DNA of 31,516 bases, taken from the IMG/VR virus record IMGVR_UViG_3300049009_000481, positions 1 through 31,516 of that record; one strand, given 5' to 3'. The notes under the pieces were generated by a model. It saw only the letters and a program-made list of their open reading frames with translations. It made no database searches and was not told the origin of the DNA. This stretch comes from a virus (taxonomy: Duplodnaviria > Caudoviricetes). Positions 27,379-31,516 of the stretch are shown piece after piece (position 1 is the stretch's first letter; every line of letters starts with the position of its first letter). The translations under genes and the position numbers were made by a program.

Positions 27379-27875
27379 TCCCAATAGATCCATTCGCCGC
27401 ACTTGAAGCGGTCCAGTCCGCCATCAAGCTGGTCAAGAAAGCCTCGCAGACAGCCAGTGACGTAGCAAGTCTTGGCCCTGTGCTAGGCAAGTATTTTGAC
27501 GCCAAGGTCAACGCCATTCAGGTGGTGGCCACAGCCAAAGAAGGCGGCTTCAAAGGCTCGGCGATGGGCAAGGCCCTGGAGCTGGAAATGGCCCTGGAGC
27601 AAGCCCGCGAATTTGAAGAACAGCTTAAAGGCTTGTTCTTCTCCAGCAACAAAATGGATGTGTGGATGAAGATCAAGGCGCGCGCCGCCAAGATGGAAGC
27701 CGAAGCGGCGGAGCACCTGCGCAAAGAGCGTGTTGCTGCCGCCAAGAAGAAACGCGAAAACGAAGAGATGGCCGAACTGGCCGCTGCCGTTATCGGTGGT
27801 CTGATCCTCTTTGGTCTTACTGCCTGGGGCGGCATTTACTTCTACCTGCATTGCACCAAGTATGGCTGTTCGTGA
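27375..27875 (+). CDS. coiled-coil protein with C-terminal TM
   Basis: Helical body and LAAAVIGGLILFGLTAWGGIYFYL TM; ATGA coupled. Confidence 0.7.
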   Translation: MIPIDPFAALEAVQSAIKLVKKASQTASDVASLGPVLGKYFDAKVNAIQVVATAKEGGFKGSAMGKALELEMALEQAREFEEQLKGLFFSSNKMDVWMKIKARAAKMEAEAAEHLRKERVAAAKKKRENEEMAELAAAVIGGLILFGLTAWGGIYFYLHCTKYGCS

Positions 27876-28021
27876 AAGACATAGTCGCCGGCTTCAAGCA
27901 GTGGTTCAAACTGTTCTGCTACGTAGCCTGCGTCTGGTGGTTTCTCGATTTCGTGAAAGCGCTGCCCGAGCCTTTGGCCAAGCGCGTGATGGACGCGGCA
28001 TTAAGTAAACTACCTTTTTGA
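27872..28021 (+). CDS. 49-aa membrane peptide (MKDIVAGFKQWFKLFCYVACVWWFLDF...)
   Basis: GTGA overlap with the upstream stop; 3' part of ORF 27662..28021. Confidence 0.55.
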   Translation: MKDIVAGFKQWFKLFCYVACVWWFLDFVKALPEPLAKRVMDAALSKLPF

Positions 28022-28029
28022 GGACTGCA

Positions 28030-28227
28030 ATGCGATATATCTTTTTTGCTATGTTGCTTGGGGTGGGATGCCTGGCTGCTTGTCAGGACCGTTACCGGTA
28101 CATTTGCCAGGATCCCGATCACTTCACAGACAAAGAATGCCAAAAGCCAAGATGCCTGTTTACGCAGATGTGCCCTGAGTATTTAGTAGCCCCCGTTTTG
28201 GAGAAGCAAATTGAAGCCCCTAAATGA
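28030..28227 (+). CDS. Cys-rich small lipoprotein
   Basis: Signal peptide, lipobox LAAC, then QDRYRYICQDP..ECQKPRC..MC; GAGGA SD. Confidence 0.8.
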   Translation: MRYIFFAMLLGVGCLAACQDRYRYICQDPDHFTDKECQKPRCLFTQMCPEYLVAPVLEKQIEAPK

Positions 28228-28693
28228 GTTGACTGCCGAAGAAATCGAAGTTCGCGTCTGGGCGCTTGTTGTTCTCGCTATCACGGGCATTCTGTTTTTC
28301 ATTGTGATCGCGTTGCTGTATTCAGTGACGTTCGTGACGCAACCGATTAAGTCCATGGCCCCCATCGACCAGGCTTATACCAAAATGCTGAACGACATTG
28401 TCCTGCTCCTGGTGGGCGGCATTGGCGGCATCGTCGGTAAGCGGGTGGCTGGGGGCGTGGCTGGATCGCTCGCTGCGGTGAAGCAGGCAACTGCACAGCA
28501 ATACGTCCCACAATATGGGCAAATGGTTCAGCCGATGCCCACGAATTCCGCTTTCGGCTCGCTGCCTACATGGACCAACCCTGCGCTGGACGAATCCTGG
28601 ACGCCTCCTCCTCCGCCCACGACGCCGCCAACGCTGCAAGAGTCGGACGAAGAGCGTGAAGCCTTGGCTCTTGCTCGCAAAGAGGCTGAGTGA
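28211..28693 (+). CDS. two-TM membrane protein with Pro-rich tail, holin candidate
   Basis: TM1 VWALVVLAITGILFFIVIALLYSVTFV, TM2 IVLLLVGGIGGIVG; TTG start with GGAG SD. Confidence 0.7.
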   Translation: MKPLNELTAEEIEVRVWALVVLAITGILFFIVIALLYSVTFVTQPIKSMAPIDQAYTKMLNDIVLLLVGGIGGIVGKRVAGGVAGSLAAVKQATAQQYVPQYGQMVQPMPTNSAFGSLPTWTNPALDESWTPPPPPTTPPTLQESDEEREALALARKEAE

Positions 28694-29163
28694 TGTTCGG
28701 CATACCTATACCCTGGGCAGCCGCTGGGGCCCTCGTGATTGCGGTGGTCACCTACTTTACGGGACACCACAATGGCTGGGCTGAACGCGACCTGGAGATG
28801 CAAGTCGAGATCGCCAAGAAGAACGATGAGTCTCGCCAGACTGAACAGAAACTGAACGAGCAAATCAACGCAACGTCATCTCAATTGCTGGAGGCCAACA
28901 ATGTTCTCACCAAAAAATCTACTGACCTTGATCGTGCTATCCGCGCTGGCCGGGTGCGCCTCCCCTCCAGCAGTTGTGTACAAACCACCGCAAGTGCCGC
29001 CCCTGCCACCACAGATAGCCCAGCGGATGCAAGCGAATCTGACCGACAGACTCTCGCAGCTATTGCTGCCATCGTCGCAGACGGAGACAAAGCCATCAAC
29101 CAGCTCAACGCCTGCGTCGACGCCTACAACGAAGTAAGGAGCCAGATCAATGGTAAACAGTGA
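28690..29163 (+). CDS. Rz: i-spanin (Rz-like)
   Basis: N-terminal TM, coiled coil, G.VRL, DKAINQLNAC. Confidence 0.85.
   Translation: MMFGIPIPWAAAGALVIAVVTYFTGHHNGWAERDLEMQVEIAKKNDESRQTEQKLNEQINATSSQLLEANNVLTKKSTDLDRAIRAGRVRLPSSSCVQTTASAAPATTDSPADASESDRQTLAAIAAIVADGDKAINQLNACVDAYNEVRSQINGKQ
28901..29137 (+). CDS. Rz1: o-spanin (Rz1-like) embedded in the +1 frame of the i-spanin
   Basis: GGAGG SD at 28890, lipobox LAGC, Pro-rich mature region; wholly inside Rz. Confidence 0.85.
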   Translation: MFSPKNLLTLIVLSALAGCASPPAVVYKPPQVPPLPPQIAQRMQANLTDRLSQLLLPSSQTETKPSTSSTPASTPTTK

Positions 29164-29746
29164 ACAACTGGCCAAACTGCATATTGGGCCTGAATGGGTG
29201 GACGCTCTGAACGTGACGTTCCAAAAGTTCAACATTCAGACCGTTCGCCAGCAAGCTGCTTTTATTGGGCAATGTGGGCACGAGTGTGGTAACTTTACTG
29301 TGCTTTCCGAAAACCTGAATTACAAAGCCGAGGCGCTGATGCGGCTGTGGAGTTCACGCTTTCCCACCATCGAGATCGCAAATCAGTATGCTAAAAATCC
29401 TCAAAAGATTGCCAACAAGGTTTACGCCAATCGCATGGGCAACCGCGATGAGTCTAGTGGCGACGGGTATCGCTTTCGAGGCAGAGGCTGCATACAGACT
29501 ACTGGACACGCCAATTACTATCACGCTGGCCAAAGTCTTGGTGTTGATCTTGTGATGCAACCTGACCTCGTAGCCTCTCCCCAATACGCCGCGCTGACCG
29601 CCGGGTTCTTTTGGTCAACCCATAGCCTCAACGACCTGGCCGAACAGGGCAATAATTTAATGCTTACCAAGCGCATCAACGGCGGCACAAACGGCCTTGA
29701 TGATCGAATCAACCGCACCAACCAGGCACTCTCTGTGCTTTCATAA
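29150..29746 (+). CDS. endolysin, glycoside hydrolase family 19
   Basis: AAFIGQCGHE, ENLNY, DGYRFRGRGCIQTTG, TKRINGG. Confidence 0.93.
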   Translation: MVNSEQLAKLHIGPEWVDALNVTFQKFNIQTVRQQAAFIGQCGHECGNFTVLSENLNYKAEALMRLWSSRFPTIEIANQYAKNPQKIANKVYANRMGNRDESSGDGYRFRGRGCIQTTGHANYYHAGQSLGVDLVMQPDLVASPQYAALTAGFFWSTHSLNDLAEQGNNLMLTKRINGGTNGLDDRINRTNQALSVLS

Positions 29747-29756
29747 AGGAACTATC

Positions 29757-30548
29757 ATGCACGCACCCTCAATCACCATCCAGGGTCAATCAGAGCCCTT
29801 TGAGCTGCAGCTCTCACGCGGCCACATTGAAAACCACACTTCCGTTTTTCGTTTTGGCTGGGCCAACGCGATCGGTACGACGCCTCAAACAATTACGGCA
29901 GCCACCGCCACCGGCGTGGCCTACGCATATCCCGCTGCTGCTGCAACCCTGAAAGTATCCAGCGGCTCGGCAAACGACACCGCTGCAGGCACTGGCGCGC
30001 GCACGCTTTTGCTTGCCGGCCTGGACGCCAACTACGCCGCGATCTCAGAAGTCATCACGCTGAATGGCCAAACTCAAGTAACTACAACGAACAGCTACTT
30101 ACGGGTTACTTACACTGAGCTGCTTACCACCGGTTCGGGCAATGCTCAGGCCGGCAGTATCTATGTTGGCTCCGGAAGCGCCACAGCGGGCGTGCCTACA
30201 ACGATCTACTGGCAAGCTGAGCCGGTTTACAACAACTGGTCTTTTGCGGGCTTTACCGTTCCAGCTGGCTACACGGCTTACATTTCCAGCTACACAATCA
30301 CATCGCAATCCACCACCGCAAACGTCAACGTATCGATGGCCTTGGCCGTAGCCGAGTTTGGCAAGACCTACATTGAATACCAATCGACCGCGCGCCTTAG
30401 CTCAAACGGAACCTTTGATCGTCACTTTGATTACCCCCTTGCGATTGACGCAAAGAGCGACGTGGAGCTGCGCGCTTGGGCGACAACGACCGGGGTGGTG
30501 AACGTCACTGGCGAAATCCAGTACGTCCTGGTCCAAACGAACGCTTAA
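29757..30548 (+). CDS. conserved beta-rich phage protein, probably virion-associated
   Basis: FELQLSRG..FRFG..ANDTAAGTGART..GLDANY..TLNGQT; AAAGGA SD before ATG 29757. Confidence 0.8.
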   Translation: MHAPSITIQGQSEPFELQLSRGHIENHTSVFRFGWANAIGTTPQTITAATATGVAYAYPAAAATLKVSSGSANDTAAGTGARTLLLAGLDANYAAISEVITLNGQTQVTTTNSYLRVTYTELLTTGSGNAQAGSIYVGSGSATAGVPTTIYWQAEPVYNNWSFAGFTVPAGYTAYISSYTITSQSTTANVNVSMALAVAEFGKTYIEYQSTARLSSNGTFDRHFDYPLAIDAKSDVELRAWATTTGVVNVTGEIQYVLVQTNA

Positions 30549-30552
30549 AAAT

Positions 30553-30578
30553 GGAGGCCTTGTGGCCTCCTCTTTATT
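30553..30578 (+). terminator. terminator-like hairpin overlapping the -35 of P3
   Basis: GGAGGCC-ttgt-GGCCTCC-TCTTTATT. Confidence 0.55.
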
Positions 30579-30643
30579 GACGTAAAATCTCTGCGGGGCC
30601 AGTGCGCCCGCAATAAGCCACCACGCCGGTGGCTTTCCTATTT
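30560..30643 (+). promoter_or_regulatory. late promoter P3 TTGTGG-N17-TAAAAT with conserved leader and attenuator hairpin
   Basis: -10 at 30583-30588; leader GGGGC-CAGTGC-GCCC-GCAAT; hairpin AAGCCACC-acgcc-GGTGGCTT-TCCTATTT. Confidence 0.55.
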
Positions 30644-30654
30644 GTGGAGCAAAA

Positions 30655-31516
30655 ATGGCAACAGCAGCAAATCCTTTCGATCTCAGTGTAAACAGTCCGC
30701 AGACCCTTGCAGCCAACGCGCAAGCAGCCACAGCGGCACCAATGGCAACTGGGTACAACGCCGCTACCGCTGGCGCTACGGGCTACGACGCCTCTACAGC
30801 AGGTGCAACAGGCTATGACGCAGCTTCTCGCGCAGCCACGGGCTATGACGCATCCCAGGCTGGCCTGACCAACTGGAACGTCGCAGCTCCGCAAACTGTG
30901 CAAGGCCAGATGACCGGCATCTTGGCCGCCAACTCGCCCCTGCTGCAACAAGCCAAAGCCGCGTCCCTGGCTCAAATGAATCAGCGCGGCCTAGTCAATT
31001 CCAGCATGGCCGTAGGCGCTGGCGAGCAAGCAGTCATCCAGAGCGCCTTGCCAATTGCGCAGCAAGACGCCTCCACATATGCCAACTCCGGGCAATTCAA
31101 CGCTACAGCAGCCAATCAGAATTCGCAATTCAATACCGGTCAACAGAACACCGGCCTGCAGTTCTCAGCCAATGCTTCTAATCAAGCCGGCGCTGAAAAC
31201 CTGGCAGCACAAAACCAAGCCTTGGGTTTTACTGCCGGTGCACAAAATACGGCATCGCTTACCAATGCTGGCGCACAAAACCAAGCCGCTGGCTTTACTG
31301 CCGGTGCACAAAATACGGCATCGCTTACCAATGCCGGCGCACAAAACCAAGCCTTGGGTTTTACTGCTGCTGCAGGCAATCAGGCTTCGATTGCCAATGC
31401 CGGCGCAGAAAACCAGGCCGCGCAGTTTACGGCCGGCTCACAAAACACGGCTTCACAGCAATACGCCAGTACGATCAATGCCAACGTCAGCAAGATGCTG
31501 GACCAGTCAATGCAAT
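30655..31516 (+). CDS. putative DNA ejection/pilot protein, runs off the right edge
   Basis: GGAG SD, ATG 30655, open to the edge; A/Q/N-rich with RGLVNSSMAVGA..ALPIAQQDA and 11-aa repeats; not in the ORF track. Confidence 0.75.
   Translation, partial: MATAANPFDLSVNSPQTLAANAQAATAAPMATGYNAATAGATGYDASTAGATGYDAASRAATGYDASQAGLTNWNVAAPQTVQGQMTGILAANSPLLQQAKAASLAQMNQRGLVNSSMAVGAGEQAVIQSALPIAQQDASTYANSGQFNATAANQNSQFNTGQQNTGLQFSANASNQAGAENLAAQNQALGFTAGAQNTASLTNAGAQNQAAGFTAGAQNTASLTNAGAQNQALGFTAAAGNQASIANAGAENQAAQFTAGSQNTASQQYASTINANVSKMLDQSMQ
31207..31367 (+). repeat. 66-bp in-frame tandem repeat, about 2.4 copies
   Basis: Units start at 31207, 31273 and 31339 (GCACAAAACCAAGCC...). Confidence 0.9.

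Noticed and set aside
31207-31367. Tandem repeat as a CRISPR array
   Set aside because: No unique spacers; the unit is an in-frame multiple of 3 inside a CDS
1-31516. Alternative genetic code, tRNAs, introns/inteins, integrase
   Set aside because: Genes tile cleanly under the standard code, TerL, primase and helicase are uninterrupted and of normal length, and no cloverleaf or recombinase motifs were seen

Overview
This window is about 31.5 kb of a tailed dsDNA phage genome (Caudoviricetes) with a podovirus-like virion. Embedded Rz/Rz1 spanins indicate a Gram-negative host; a betaproteobacterial host is only my impression from the small-gene families. Gene order: small leftward genes; primase-polymerase/helicase followed by an iteron-rich putative origin; VRR-NUC nuclease; SNF2-like helicase; Q-like zinc-finger regulator; leftward early operon headed by DUF932 with a ~210-nt structured leader; free-standing GIY-YIG; TerS/TerL/portal; scaffold; N4-gp56-type major capsid and decoration genes; adaptor and nozzle; tail fibre/receptor-binding module (partly AT-rich); expanded lysis cassette with GH19 endolysin; and the start of a hendecad-repeat ejection-like protein. 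The most notable unannotated signal is three sigma70-like promoters (about 8.9, 14.7 and 30.6 kb) that head the packaging, head and ejection modules. They share a positionally conserved leader (GGG start, covarying 5' hairpin, TGCGYC, AAT) followed directly by a terminator hairpin, which suggests a multi-site antitermination regulon, probably served by the Q-like protein. I found no tRNA, CRISPR array, integrase or reverse transcriptase. All family calls come from motif recognition by eye, not database searches.
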